Below, piece by piece: positions 34,001 through 43,492 of a DNA stretch of 64,000 nt. Positions within the stretch are counted from its first letter, which is position 1. Each line of letters starts with the position of its first letter. The notes under the pieces are model-generated. The model was not told the origin of the DNA, made no database searches, and saw only the letters and a list, made by a program, of their open reading frames with translations. The stretch spans positions 971 through 64,970 of the forward strand of contig JBGUKB010000038.1 of NCBI GenBank assembly GCA_045114235.1, in the 5' to 3' direction. The DNA is from Victivallales bacterium. Lineage in GTDB: Bacteria > Verrucomicrobiota > Lentisphaeria > Victivallales > UBA1829. A program made the translations under genes and the position numbers.

Positions 34001-36118
34001 TTATCGTATGACGCTTTTGAGCCGTTCCATCGTGACCGGCTTCAGGAGGATGCCGGTAAAACCGGAAGCTTTGAACGTCTTCTGCGTTTCGATGTCGGCG
34101 GTCACGGCATAGACCGGCAGGTCCTTCCACTGTTCCCGCCCTCGTATCTCGCGGATCAGGCCCTCGCCGTCCATGACGGGCATCCACATGTCGGTCAGGA
34201 CGAGACCGATCCCGTTGTCCTGTTTCAGAATATCCAGCGCCTCCGCGCCATTTTCCGCCGTAACGATGTCCGTGACGCCCAGACGGCGCAGCATTGCCTT
34301 GATCACGCTCATGTTCAACGGCACATCGTCCACGACCAGGACGCGCGAGTCATTGGTCGACAGCGTCAGCGTTTCCTGCTTGTTCTGCGCGACGGTCGCG
34401 TCCGCCCCGGCGTCCGTCTTTTCCTTCGCGGAGAACGCCACGCGCGGGAGCACGACGGTGAACGTCGTGCCTTTTCCGAAAATGGATTGCAGGGTCAGCT
34501 TGCCGCCCATGCGTTCCGCCATCTGGCAGCAGATCGCCAGGCCCAGTCCGGTCCCTTTCGAAGCCTTTGCTGTTCTCGCCTGCACAAACGGTTTCAGGAC
34601 GTTCTCCTGGTCTTCGGGCGCGATGCCGCACCCGGTGTCGGAGACGGACATGGTCAGGCATGCCGTTTGGGCATCGCCGTCCGTGTTTTCCTTGAAAACG
34701 ATGTCCAGGGCGACCTTGCCGTGGTCCGTGAACTTGACGGCGTTCCCGATGAGGTTGTAGAGGATCTGGCGGATCCGGTGCGGATCGACGTGCAGGAGCG
34801 GCATCGGCGCGACGTTTTCCTCCAGCACGACGTCTTTCCCGGAAACGGCGAACTCGAACGACGTCATGACGTCGTGCGCCAGGCTGTTCAGGTCGGTCGG
34901 TTCCGGCGTCAGCACGACCTTGCCCGCGCCGAGCTTGGAAAGGTCGAGCACGTCGTTGACCAGGTCGAGCAGGGTGTGTCCGCTCGTCGTGATGGCGTCC
35001 AGCGCGTGCCTTCTCTCCGTCTGGTCGGAGATGCCGTGCTTCAGGAGCTCCGAGAATCCGAGGATGGCGTTGAGCGGAGTGCGGATGTCGTGGCTGACCA
35101 TGGAGAAGAACATGTCTTTGGTGTGTTCAGCCCGGATCGCGCGGTTCCTTTCCTCGCGGATGCGGATCAGGTAATAATCCGAGATCAGAATCACGAGGAG
35201 AATGATCGCGAGCAGATTGATGGTCAGGAAAAGCGCGAACGGATGCCGGCGCAGATATTCGCCCGGTTCGATCTCGGCTTCGACCGGCTGGATCCATTTT
35301 CCGGCGAGTTTCTCCATGAATCCGTCGGTGCGCATCGCCAGCAGCGCCGCGTTGACTTCCACGTACAATCCCGGATTCTTCGATGCGATGCCGATGCACA
35401 TCTGGGCGCTCTCGATCTCCATGCGCCCCCGGATCTGTTTCCCCTCCTGTCCCAGTCTCCGGAGATACGTCTCGCCGACGGTCCGGTGGACGATGAAGCA
35501 GTCGCACTGCCTGTCGAGGACCGAACGTACGCATTCCGTTGCGGACGGATACTCCACGCAGTTCGGCCCCAGCAGATAACGCACCATCGAATCTTCCAGC
35601 CCGAACCCTTTGATCAGGGCGATCTTCTTGCTGTAGAGCGTGCTGAATGACATGCCGGGATTCAGCCCGAACGCCACGAATTTCTCCTCGAACGTCGGGA
35701 CGGAGATCAGGCAGTCTACGATCTCTGTATCCTGCCAGTCGAATCCCAGGATCAGGTCGGCTTCCCCGTTCCGCATTGCCTCGACGGCTTCGTTCCAGCT
35801 CGTCAGCGTCAGGTCGAGGTTGCATTCGATCCGGTTCGCCAGTTCCGCGATCAGCTCGATATTGTATCCGCGCGGCTCCGCGTCGTCCGGGAGACGGTAG
35901 GAAAACGGCCTGTAGTCGGCATCGCCGACCACGCGAAGGGTTTTCCCGAAGGAATTTTTCGGGCGGACGGTCATTTCCGGTTCATTCCATTCCCTTGTTT
36001 TCGCATAGTACATCGGCAGGACGACCGACAATGCTCCCGCTGCGATGACGATAAAAATGACAACGGACCAGAAAAACAGAGTCCTGGATTGAGACAAACG
36101 GCTGAGGAATGCGTTCAT
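34001..36118 (-). CDS. Hybrid sensor histidine kinase with a periplasmic SBP_bac_3 sensor domain and a C-terminal receiver
   Basis: The domains are an N-terminal TM segment, a type-3 solute-binding domain (LRVVGDADYRPFSYRL...GYNIELIAELANRI), a second TM segment, HisKA (FFSMVSHDIRTPLNAILGFSELL), an HATPase (GTGLGLAIC) and REC (VLVVDDVPLN...DMWMPVMDG). Confidence 0.9.
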   Translation of the reverse strand: MNAFLSRLSQSRTLFFWSVVIFIVIAAGALSVVLPMYYAKTREWNEPEMTVRPKNSFGKTLRVVGDADYRPFSYRLPDDAEPRGYNIELIAELANRIECNLDLTLTSWNEAVEAMRNGEADLILGFDWQDTEIVDCLISVPTFEEKFVAFGLNPGMSFSTLYSKKIALIKGFGLEDSMVRYLLGPNCVEYPSATECVRSVLDRQCDCFIVHRTVGETYLRRLGQEGKQIRGRMEIESAQMCIGIASKNPGLYVEVNAALLAMRTDGFMEKLAGKWIQPVEAEIEPGEYLRRHPFALFLTINLLAIILLVILISDYYLIRIREERNRAIRAEHTKDMFFSMVSHDIRTPLNAILGFSELLKHGISDQTERRHALDAITTSGHTLLDLVNDVLDLSKLGAGKVVLTPEPTDLNSLAHDVMTSFEFAVSGKDVVLEENVAPMPLLHVDPHRIRQILYNLIGNAVKFTDHGKVALDIVFKENTDGDAQTACLTMSVSDTGCGIAPEDQENVLKPFVQARTAKASKGTGLGLAICCQMAERMGGKLTLQSIFGKGTTFTVVLPRVAFSAKEKTDAGADATVAQNKQETLTLSTNDSRVLVVDDVPLNMSVIKAMLRRLGVTDIVTAENGAEALDILKQDNGIGLVLTDMWMPVMDGEGLIREIRGREQWKDLPVYAVTADIETQKTFKASGFTGILLKPVTMERLKSVIR

Positions 36119-36159
36119 TTGCGTTCAGTCCAATCGTGTTCGGGTTGCGTTGCCTGCCA

Positions 36160-36204
36160 GAAGAAAAATGAACCCGGAACGAAGCCGTGATGCTTCCTTC
36201 CGGG
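36160..36204 (-). terminator. Strong hairpin plus U-rich tail between the TPR gene and the kinase gene
   Basis: The minus-strand RNA CCCGGAAGGAAGCAUCACGGCUUCGUUCCGGG (nested stems) is followed by UUCAUUUUUCUUCU. It lies about 245 nt after the TPR stop and 42 nt before the kinase ATG, so it could act as a terminator or an attenuator. Confidence 0.45.
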
Positions 36205-36448
36205 GCGGAGCGTGGTGGTATGATCTGCGGACTCTGCTTTGTCCATTATCGAATCTGGAATACATCAAAAAATAAAGGTCGCGGTTCTCTGAAAAGATGT
36301 TTAGAGTTAATGTAAATCCGGAAATGGAAAAATCAAGCGGATTTTTTCAAAAAAAGACGAAAAAAAGAACGCTTTTTCCGACAGGCGGAATCGTCCGCAT
36401 GGACCGGGTGATTGTTGAGCGGGGAAATGAGGAGAGAGGAGGGGGCGG

Positions 36449-38302
36449 TCACCGGGCGGATTCGAGCTTGCGTTCGATGGCGTCGTAGTCCACGTCGCCG
36501 TCGAGCCTCATGGCGCGTTCCCAGTAGCCGCGCGCGGCGGCCTTGTCGCCGAGGGCGTCGAAGATGTCTCCGGCATGGTCCAGGATCGTGGCGTCGACGT
36601 CGTCGCCGAATATCTCGATGGCGCGCAGAATCTCCTTTTTCGCCTCTTCATGGCGGTTCAACTTGAAGAGGACCCACGCGTAGCTGTCGGCGATCGCGCC
36701 GTTCTCCGGGGCGAACTCGACGGCCTTCAGAAGGTAGTCGAGGGCAGCGTTGAGGCGGTATCCGTGGTCGGCGAAGATGTAGCCGAGGGAATTGTAGATT
36801 TCGGCGTCGGGGATGCTTTCGTCCGGCGGCGCGGGCGGACGGCTGGTGAGGAGCGGCGCGAGCATCTGTTCGACGTACTGCATGTTGTTGGCCTTGTCGG
36901 CGATGTTCGCGCTGATGAGGCGGAACCGGCGTCCTTCGAGCAGGGCGGGGGTGATGCGCGCAGCGTTGCGGATACGTTCGAGCGCCTTGTCGTAGTTGCG
37001 GAGTCGCATGTAGCAGTCGGTCTCGATGAGGAGGCGCTCGGTGTCGAGCGGAGCCTTCTGGAGCAGTTCGAGTGCCTTTTTGTAGTTGCCGCGGTCGAAA
37101 TCGAGCTGCGCGAGCTTCGTCAGGACGGCTTCCGGCGCATCCAGCATCGCGCCGAGGTTCCGGTAGGTGCGTTCGGCGTCGTCGTAGAGTTTCGCCTCGG
37201 TCTGGAGCGAGGCGCAGACGGCGAACATGTCCGGGGTAGGGGCTTTCACGACCGCGAAGATGCGGTCCCAGGCGCGAGCGCCGAGGAGCGGATCGCCGAG
37301 CTCGTCGGCGAGGATCGCGACGGTGAACAATGCTTCGGTGTCGTCGGGGACCTGCGCAATGCGCGCGAGCGCGGCAGCCATGACCTGCGACCGGTAGCCG
37401 AGGTCGCACAGGACGCGGAACGGCTCGGGGAATTCGGGATCCTCGACCTCTTTCTTCCGGTCCAGCAGGCACGTCAGCGAGGTCTGGGCGAGACGGTACA
37501 TCTCGTCGCGGAGCGCCCAGGCGGTCCGGTTGAACGGCACGAGCACGGAGGTCGCGAGCGGGGATTTCGCGTCGGAGGCGTCCATGTCCCCGGCGCAGGA
37601 GACGATCAGAGCGGACTGCACCTGGGGGGCGGCGTCGAAGACGCGCATGGATGCGATCTCGGCGCGGAGAGCACGGAGCTTGTCCTGATATTCCTTCACC
37701 TCGTCAGCGAGCGCGGGTTCCTCGCGGCGCTTCTTGTCGAGCGCCTTATCCGAATAGATGAGGACCAGCTTGGACGCGATGTTCGCGTTGTACTCGCGGC
37801 GGCGTTCGGAGGGCGGCTCCGGGTCTTTGCGGACGACTTCGAAGGCGCGTTCGAAGAACGGGACGGCCTCGTCGACGCGCTTGAACTGCACCAGCATTTC
37901 GCCGCAGGTGAGATTGAGCTCGCGCGAATCCGGGTTTTCCTCGGCGAGCTTCAGCAGGCGGGGCGTGACTTTGTCGCGGAACGCGGGCTGGACGGCGGCC
38001 TGGACGAGCGGGGAGAAGAACGCCTCGTTGTCCGGGTGTTTCGCCGCCATCTCGAAGAGCTTTTCGATGTCCGCGTCCGTGAACTGATTCGTGAGGATCG
38101 AATTGTCGAAGATACGCGCCAGGTCGGCCAGCGTCTCCGCCTCCTCCTGCGCCGCGTGCGACGGCAGCAGTTCTTCGAAGAAAAGCGTGGTGTTCGGCAG
38201 CCAGTCCGACTCCATGTCGCCCTGCGCGAAAAGCGCCGGCGCGGCGGCACATGCGAGCGCAGCGGTCAGGATGCGGAGTCTGGATGAGAAGAACGGAGTC
38301 AT
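36449..38302 (-). CDS. Secreted TPR-repeat protein
   Basis: The signal peptide is MTPFFSSRLRILTAALACAAAPALFA (ATG at 38302). Multiple TPR-like helical repeats are present (for example YKKALELLQKA, YDKALERIRNA). The track start at 38371 was rejected. Confidence 0.8.
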   Translation of the reverse strand: MTPFFSSRLRILTAALACAAAPALFAQGDMESDWLPNTTLFFEELLPSHAAQEEAETLADLARIFDNSILTNQFTDADIEKLFEMAAKHPDNEAFFSPLVQAAVQPAFRDKVTPRLLKLAEENPDSRELNLTCGEMLVQFKRVDEAVPFFERAFEVVRKDPEPPSERRREYNANIASKLVLIYSDKALDKKRREEPALADEVKEYQDKLRALRAEIASMRVFDAAPQVQSALIVSCAGDMDASDAKSPLATSVLVPFNRTAWALRDEMYRLAQTSLTCLLDRKKEVEDPEFPEPFRVLCDLGYRSQVMAAALARIAQVPDDTEALFTVAILADELGDPLLGARAWDRIFAVVKAPTPDMFAVCASLQTEAKLYDDAERTYRNLGAMLDAPEAVLTKLAQLDFDRGNYKKALELLQKAPLDTERLLIETDCYMRLRNYDKALERIRNAARITPALLEGRRFRLISANIADKANNMQYVEQMLAPLLTSRPPAPPDESIPDAEIYNSLGYIFADHGYRLNAALDYLLKAVEFAPENGAIADSYAWVLFKLNRHEEAKKEILRAIEIFGDDVDATILDHAGDIFDALGDKAAARGYWERAMRLDGDVDYDAIERKLESAR

Positions 38303-38429
38303 GCCGAAGCGAAGCCTTCTGATGAGGATAAATGAAAATAAGAAACGCGCCGGAAGTGCCGGTCGGGGCACCGCGGGGCGCGTTCCATTCGTCCCGGACG
38401 TCCGCCGGGGAAATAAGCGGGATAGCCGC

Positions 38430-38519
38430 TTATTTGTTTTTATGCCGCATGGCCTTCAGCAGTTTTTTGCGTTTGTGCTGAGCGATTTTGCGGCGGCGTT
38501 TTTTTCTCAGATTGCCCAT
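38430..38519 (-). CDS. 29-aa highly basic micro-protein, bS22 (AURKAIP1/COX24-domain) ribosomal-protein-like
   Basis: Not in the ORF track because it is too short. MGNLRKKRRRKIAQHKRKKLLKAMRHKNK aligns without gaps to the actinobacterial bS22 pattern MGSVIKKRRKRMxKKKHRKLLRRTR. AGGAA lies upstream. It has its own promoter and a hairpin (38415-38431) at the stop. Confidence 0.65.
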   Translation of the reverse strand: MGNLRKKRRRKIAQHKRKKLLKAMRHKNK

Positions 38520-38572
38520 GGTTGAAGATTCCTGGTTAAAAGTATGGCTGGTTTGAAAAAAATATTGCTAAG

Positions 38573-38600
38573 AATATAGCATCAAATCCGGAAATGGCAA
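38573..38600 (-). promoter_or_regulatory. Promoter TTGCCA-16-TATATT for the micro-ORF
   Basis: On the minus strand the -35 lies at 38600-38595 and the -10 at 38578-38573, about 54 nt upstream of the ATG at 38519. Confidence 0.5.
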
Positions 38601-38663
38601 GCGGAAAACGCTTTTTTCACCAAAAAAAACGCGTTTTTGATGGAAAACGAAGGGCTTGTGCCG

Positions 38664-39221
38664 TCAGAATCCTCCGCGGGAAATCGCCCACATGTACATC
38701 TTCGTATCCACGCCGCAGCCTTCGGCTTCCGCCCGCCGGATGAAGTCCGCGAGCTCGTCCTGCCCGACGAGGAACGTTTCGATGTATTCGGATTCGTCGA
38801 AATGCGTGGCGAGGTCCTTCTGCGCATCGAGGTCGACGGTCATCTTCACCAGATGCACGAACTCGGAGGAGAGTCCGGGCGAGGTGAAGACCCGCGGCGA
38901 ACAGTAGTCGACCGTGCCGACGTAGCCGGTCTCCTCCTTCAGTTCGCGCACAGCGGTTTCCGCCGGATCTTCGCCGGGGTTGATGAGCCCGGCGGGGAAC
39001 TCGTAGACGAGGCGTCCGGTCGGGGGGCGGAACTGCCGGATGACGATGAGCTTGTTGCCCGGTTTCGTGACGGGGATCATCATGACGGCGCCCTGGGAAT
39101 GGACGCGGGAGGCGGATTCCCAGGTGCGGACCTTGCCGTCATGGCCGAGGTACGTGACCTTCTGGAGGGAAATCCAGCCGCCGGAAGCGATGGTCTCGCG
39201 GTCGAGTATCTTCGATTCCAT
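38664..39221 (-). CDS. NUDIX hydrolase (ADP-ribose pyrophosphatase-like)
   Basis: The Nudix box is GLINPGEDPAETAVRELKEETGY. 185 aa, 6 nt downstream of iorA. Confidence 0.85.
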   Translation of the reverse strand: MESKILDRETIASGGWISLQKVTYLGHDGKVRTWESASRVHSQGAVMMIPVTKPGNKLIVIRQFRPPTGRLVYEFPAGLINPGEDPAETAVRELKEETGYVGTVDYCSPRVFTSPGLSSEFVHLVKMTVDLDAQKDLATHFDESEYIETFLVGQDELADFIRRAEAEGCGVDTKMYMWAISRGGF

Positions 39222-39227
39222 GATGCG

Positions 39228-40991
39228 TCACTTCTCCTGTCCGGGGACGGGCGCGATCGCGCCGAACTTGCAGACGGATTCGCAGAGGCGGCAGCCGGAA
39301 CACAGTTGCGGGTCGATGGACGGTTTGCCGTCCGCCGTGACCACGATAGCCGGGCAGCCGCATTTGAGGCACGCTTTGCAGTTTTTGCATTTGGCTACGT
39401 CGATGGCGCGGACGGGGCCGAGACGGCGGCGTATCTGGAGCGGGCAGGGGGCCTTCGAGATGATGAGGGACGGCTCGTCCGCGGCGATCTCCTCCGCGAG
39501 GACCTTGTGCAGATTCTCCTGGTCGAACGGGTCGCAGACCGTGACGCGTTTCATCCCGCAGGCGCGTGCGATGGCTTCGATGGACGCGGCGGGCGCGGGC
39601 TCGCCGGAGATGGTGCGTCCGGTGCCGGGGTGGTCCTGATGGCCGGTCATGGCGGTGCTGGAGTTGTCGACGACGATGAGCGTGGACGTGCCCTTGTTGT
39701 AGACTACGTCGAGCAACCCCGTGATGCCGGAGTGGAAGAACGTGGAGTCGCCGAGCACGCCGACGACCTTCTTCTTTTCGCCCGCCTTGTCGAGGCCGTG
39801 CGCGAGCGTGAAGCCGCCGCCCATGCAGATCAGCACGTCGGTGCGTTCGAGCGGCGGGAAGACCGCGAGGCTGTAGCAGCCGATGTCGCCTGTCACGATC
39901 ACGTCGAATTTGGTGAGCGCGTAGAAGAGCGCGCGGTGCGGACAGCCGGGGCAGAAGACCGGGGGCCGCATCGGGAGGCCGTCGGCCTGCGGGAACGGTT
40001 TCGGCAGAGAATTATTTGTGCCGCGGAGCTTTTCGCGGATTTCGAAAATGCGGTCCGGCGTGAGCTCGCCGCAGCGCGGCACGACGTCGGATTTGCCGGA
40101 ACACGCGATGCCGAGCGAACGGACGTGTTCCTCCAGGATCGGGTCGCCTTCTTCTATGACGACGATGCGTTTGACGGAGGCGGCGAATTCGCGGATCATG
40201 GAGTCGGGGAAGGGCCAGGGCCAGCCGAGCTTCAGGACCGGGGCCTCCGGCATGAGCTCGCGGCAGTACAGCGCGGTGATGCCGCAGGTGATGATGCCGA
40301 GGTCGTTGCCCGTGCCGGGGATCACATGGTTCAGCGAGGCGTGCGACGAGGCGTCGGCGGATTGCGCGTCCATGCGCTCCTCGATCTTCACACGGAGCTT
40401 GCGGCCCCAGAGCGGGAGCGGCACGAAACGCGACGGTTCCTTCTTGAACTCGGTCACATTGCGCGGACGCGCCTCGCCGCATTCGACCAGCGCGCGGGAA
40501 TGCCCCACGCAGGTGGTGGTACGGAGGATGACCGGGCAGCCGTACTTTTCGGAGAGCTCGAACGCCTCCAGCATGAAGGCGCGGGCGTCGACGGCATCGG
40601 CGGGGTCGAGGATCGGGACCTTGGCGAGGCGGGCGTAATGGCGCGTGTCCTGCTCCGTCTGGGAGGAATGCTGGCCGGGGTCGTCCGCCACGACGACCAC
40701 GAGTCCGCCGCGGACGCCGACATAGGAGAGCGTCATCAGCGGGTCGGCGGCGACGTTCAGCCCGACGAGCTTCATGGTGACGATGCAGCGCGCCCCGGCG
40801 ATGGACGCCCCGGCGGCCGCTTCAAGCGCGACCTTCTCGTTCGGGCTCCACTCGCAGTAGACGCCGTCGTATTTGACGAGGTTTTCGAGGATTTCGGTGG
40901 ACGGGGTGCCGGGATAGCCGAAGGCCGCCGTCACGCCGCCTTCCCACGCGCCGCGGGCGATCGCCTCGTTTCCGGTGAGGAGCAGACGCAT
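39228..40991 (-). CDS. iorA: Indolepyruvate:ferredoxin oxidoreductase alpha subunit
   Basis: The N-terminus MRLLLTGNEAIARGAWEGGVTAAFGYPGTPSTEILE is characteristic. A TPP-binding region is present, and C-terminal ferredoxin-like Cys clusters read CKNCKACLKCGCP and CSGCRLCESVC. Confidence 0.9.
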   Translation of the reverse strand: MRLLLTGNEAIARGAWEGGVTAAFGYPGTPSTEILENLVKYDGVYCEWSPNEKVALEAAAGASIAGARCIVTMKLVGLNVAADPLMTLSYVGVRGGLVVVVADDPGQHSSQTEQDTRHYARLAKVPILDPADAVDARAFMLEAFELSEKYGCPVILRTTTCVGHSRALVECGEARPRNVTEFKKEPSRFVPLPLWGRKLRVKIEERMDAQSADASSHASLNHVIPGTGNDLGIITCGITALYCRELMPEAPVLKLGWPWPFPDSMIREFAASVKRIVVIEEGDPILEEHVRSLGIACSGKSDVVPRCGELTPDRIFEIREKLRGTNNSLPKPFPQADGLPMRPPVFCPGCPHRALFYALTKFDVIVTGDIGCYSLAVFPPLERTDVLICMGGGFTLAHGLDKAGEKKKVVGVLGDSTFFHSGITGLLDVVYNKGTSTLIVVDNSSTAMTGHQDHPGTGRTISGEPAPAASIEAIARACGMKRVTVCDPFDQENLHKVLAEEIAADEPSLIISKAPCPLQIRRRLGPVRAIDVAKCKNCKACLKCGCPAIVVTADGKPSIDPQLCSGCRLCESVCKFGAIAPVPGQEK

Positions 40992-40997
40992 GGGGGA

Positions 40998-42197
40998 TTA
41001 CCTCCGGGCCGCGGCCATGGCGCGCTTGAAGGACGGGAGCGAACCCGTGATGGTGCGTTCCGGCACGCAGAAGGCGAGGCGGATGAAGCCCGCCATGCCG
41101 AATCCGACGCCGGGCACCGCGAGGATGCGTTCGCCCTGCAGGATGCGCACGAACTCGACGTCGTCCGCGATCGGGGTCTTCGGGAAGAAGTAGAACGCTC
41201 CGGGCGGCAGGTAGAACTCGAATCCGGCCTCGCGCAGGACGTCCGCCATCATGTCGCGGCGGCGTCCGTAGAGGACGGGGTCGACCTCGCAGTCGATGCA
41301 GTGGTTCAGGACTTTCTGTCCGATCGCGGGGGCGTTCACGAACCCGAGGATGCGGTTTGTCATGGTGACTGCCGCGATGAATTCCTTCACGCCGTGGAAG
41401 TTAGGGGCGGCAGCCACATAGCCGACGCGTTCGCCCGCGAGCGAGAGGTTCTTGGAGAACGAGCCGATCACGATGGAGTCGTCGTAGAGCGAGAAGAGCG
41501 ACGGGATATCCATGTGCTCGAAGTTGAGGAAGCGGTACGGCTCGTCGGAGATCAGCAGGATCGGGCGGCCGTTCTTCTCGGACTGTTCGCGGAGCAGCGC
41601 GGCGAGCGCGGCGAGCTCCTGCCGGTTGTAGATGCGGCCGGTCGGGTTGTTCGGGGAGTTGATGATGACTGCGCGCGTCCTGTCGCTGAGCGCGGCGCGG
41701 AAACCGTCGAGATCGAGCGAGAAATCCTCCGGGTGCGACGGGACGGGGCGGAGCTTTCCGCCAAAATTCGAGACGTAGAAGCCGTATTCGACGAAATAGG
41801 GCGCGGGGCAGAGGACTTCGCAGCCGGGTTCGAGCGTGGCGCGGAACACGGCGTTCAGGCCGCCCGCCGCGCCGCAGGTCACCACGACGTGCGAGGCGTC
41901 GATTTCGGCGGACTGTTCCTGTGAGACCTTGCGCGCGAGGGCGGCGCGGGTGTCCGGGAATCCGGCGTTCGGCATATAGCCGATGGCGTAGGGCTGATCG
42001 GCGGTCTGCGCGAAGTCGAGGAGCGCGGCCTTCACTTCGGGCGGCGGGGGCATGTCGGGATTGCCGAGGCTGAAGTCGTAGACCTGGTCGTCGCCGTATT
42101 TCTTCTTGAGTTCGATACCGGCCTCGAACATCCTGCGGATCCAGGAGGAATGTTCCATGTAGCCGAGGATTTCGGGTGAAACGACGCTGTTCATCAT
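40998..42197 (-). CDS. Class I PLP-dependent (aspartate/aromatic) aminotransferase
   Basis: The motifs are NSPNNPTG and SFSKNLSLAGERVGY (PLP lysine). The start ATG at 42197 forms an ATGA overlap with paaK. The track ORF 40998..42725 over-extends. Confidence 0.85.
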   Translation of the reverse strand: MMNSVVSPEILGYMEHSSWIRRMFEAGIELKKKYGDDQVYDFSLGNPDMPPPPEVKAALLDFAQTADQPYAIGYMPNAGFPDTRAALARKVSQEQSAEIDASHVVVTCGAAGGLNAVFRATLEPGCEVLCPAPYFVEYGFYVSNFGGKLRPVPSHPEDFSLDLDGFRAALSDRTRAVIINSPNNPTGRIYNRQELAALAALLREQSEKNGRPILLISDEPYRFLNFEHMDIPSLFSLYDDSIVIGSFSKNLSLAGERVGYVAAAPNFHGVKEFIAAVTMTNRILGFVNAPAIGQKVLNHCIDCEVDPVLYGRRRDMMADVLREAGFEFYLPPGAFYFFPKTPIADDVEFVRILQGERILAVPGVGFGMAGFIRLAFCVPERTITGSLPSFKRAMAAARR

Positions 42198-43492
42198 TTG
42201 CCTCCTTCGTTCTTGTTCTCTTCGCCGACGGTCTCGTAGAAGATGCGCTTCGCCTTGCCTTCGGTGCGCGGAAGTTCGCCGGGCTTGTAGATATCGCCTT
42301 CGGGGGAGAACCCGAGGTCTTCCTTGAGCTGTTTTTCGACCATGTATCCGGTCACGCCGGGCTCGGCCTCGACGTTCACGCGCAGGCTCTTGATGCCGTG
42401 GTTGTCGCGGATGATGATCTGGTAGTTCGGGAGCACGCCCGGGACCTTCAGCAGGGACTGCTCGACCTGGTTCGGGAAGAAGTTCACGCCGGAGATGATG
42501 AGCATGTCGTCGAGGCGGCCGCTGATCGTGTCGAGGCGGAGGTGGGTGCGTCCGCAGACGCATTTTTCGCGGGTCAGGATGCGGCCGCGGTCGCCGGTCT
42601 TGAAGCGGATCACGGGGAGCGCTTCGCGGGTCAGGCTGGTGACGACAATCTCGCCAAACTGTCCGTCGGGGACGGGCTCGCCGGTGTCGTGGTCGACGAC
42701 TTCGACGATGTACTCGTCTTCCCACATGTGGATGCCTTCGTGGGCGGGGCAGTCCATGCCGCTGCCGATGCCGCCGGTCTCGGTCATGCCGTAGATGTCG
42801 AACGCGTCAATGCCGAGTCCGTCGCGGATGCGCTTCTTCATGCCGGGGGAGAACGACTCCGCGCCGAAGATGCCGATCTTGAGGTCGGGCAGGGACTGGT
42901 TGGTCTCGGCGAGGATTTCCATGATGCGGATGGAGTAGGATACGACGGCGACCATCACGCGGGTCTGGAAGTCGCGCGCCAGCTTGATCTGGCGGACGGT
43001 GTTGCCCGCGCCGGTCGGGACGACGAAGAGTCCGGCCTCGCGTGCGCCGTGGTAGCAGCCGAACCCGCCGTTGAAGAGCCCGAAGCCGGGCGTGATCTGG
43101 CAGGTGTCGCCGGGATTCGCGCCCGCCATGACGTAGCAACGGCCCATGCAGCGCGCCCACTGCTTCAGGTCGGCGAGCGTGTAGGGCATCACGACCGGGG
43201 TGCCGGTGGAGCCGCTGGACATGTGCATCTCGGCGAGCTTGTTGCGCGGAACGCAGGACATTCCGAGCGGATACTGTTCGCGGAAGTCCTTCTTGGAACA
43301 GAAGGGGAGCTTATGCAGGTCGGCGAGGCCGCGGAAGTTCGCGGGGTCGACGCCTGCGGCCTTGTAGCGGGCCGCGGACCAGGGGGAGTTCTTCGCCGTG
43401 TGGGCGACGATCTCTTTCAGGCGTTTGTTCTGGAGTTCGGTGATCTGGGCGCGGGAAAGCGTCTCGAGTTCTTCGTTCAGATATCGGAACAT
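42194..43492 (-). CDS. paaK: Phenylacetate-CoA ligase family (PaaK-like aryl-acetate CoA ligase)
   Basis: The motifs are MHMSSGSTGTPV and YGMTETGG, with a C-terminal PaaK-type domain. 432 aa. Confidence 0.85.
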   Translation of the reverse strand: MFRYLNEELETLSRAQITELQNKRLKEIVAHTAKNSPWSAARYKAAGVDPANFRGLADLHKLPFCSKKDFREQYPLGMSCVPRNKLAEMHMSSGSTGTPVVMPYTLADLKQWARCMGRCYVMAGANPGDTCQITPGFGLFNGGFGCYHGAREAGLFVVPTGAGNTVRQIKLARDFQTRVMVAVVSYSIRIMEILAETNQSLPDLKIGIFGAESFSPGMKKRIRDGLGIDAFDIYGMTETGGIGSGMDCPAHEGIHMWEDEYIVEVVDHDTGEPVPDGQFGEIVVTSLTREALPVIRFKTGDRGRILTREKCVCGRTHLRLDTISGRLDDMLIISGVNFFPNQVEQSLLKVPGVLPNYQIIIRDNHGIKSLRVNVEAEPGVTGYMVEKQLKEDLGFSPEGDIYKPGELPRTEGKAKRIFYETVGEENKNEGGK

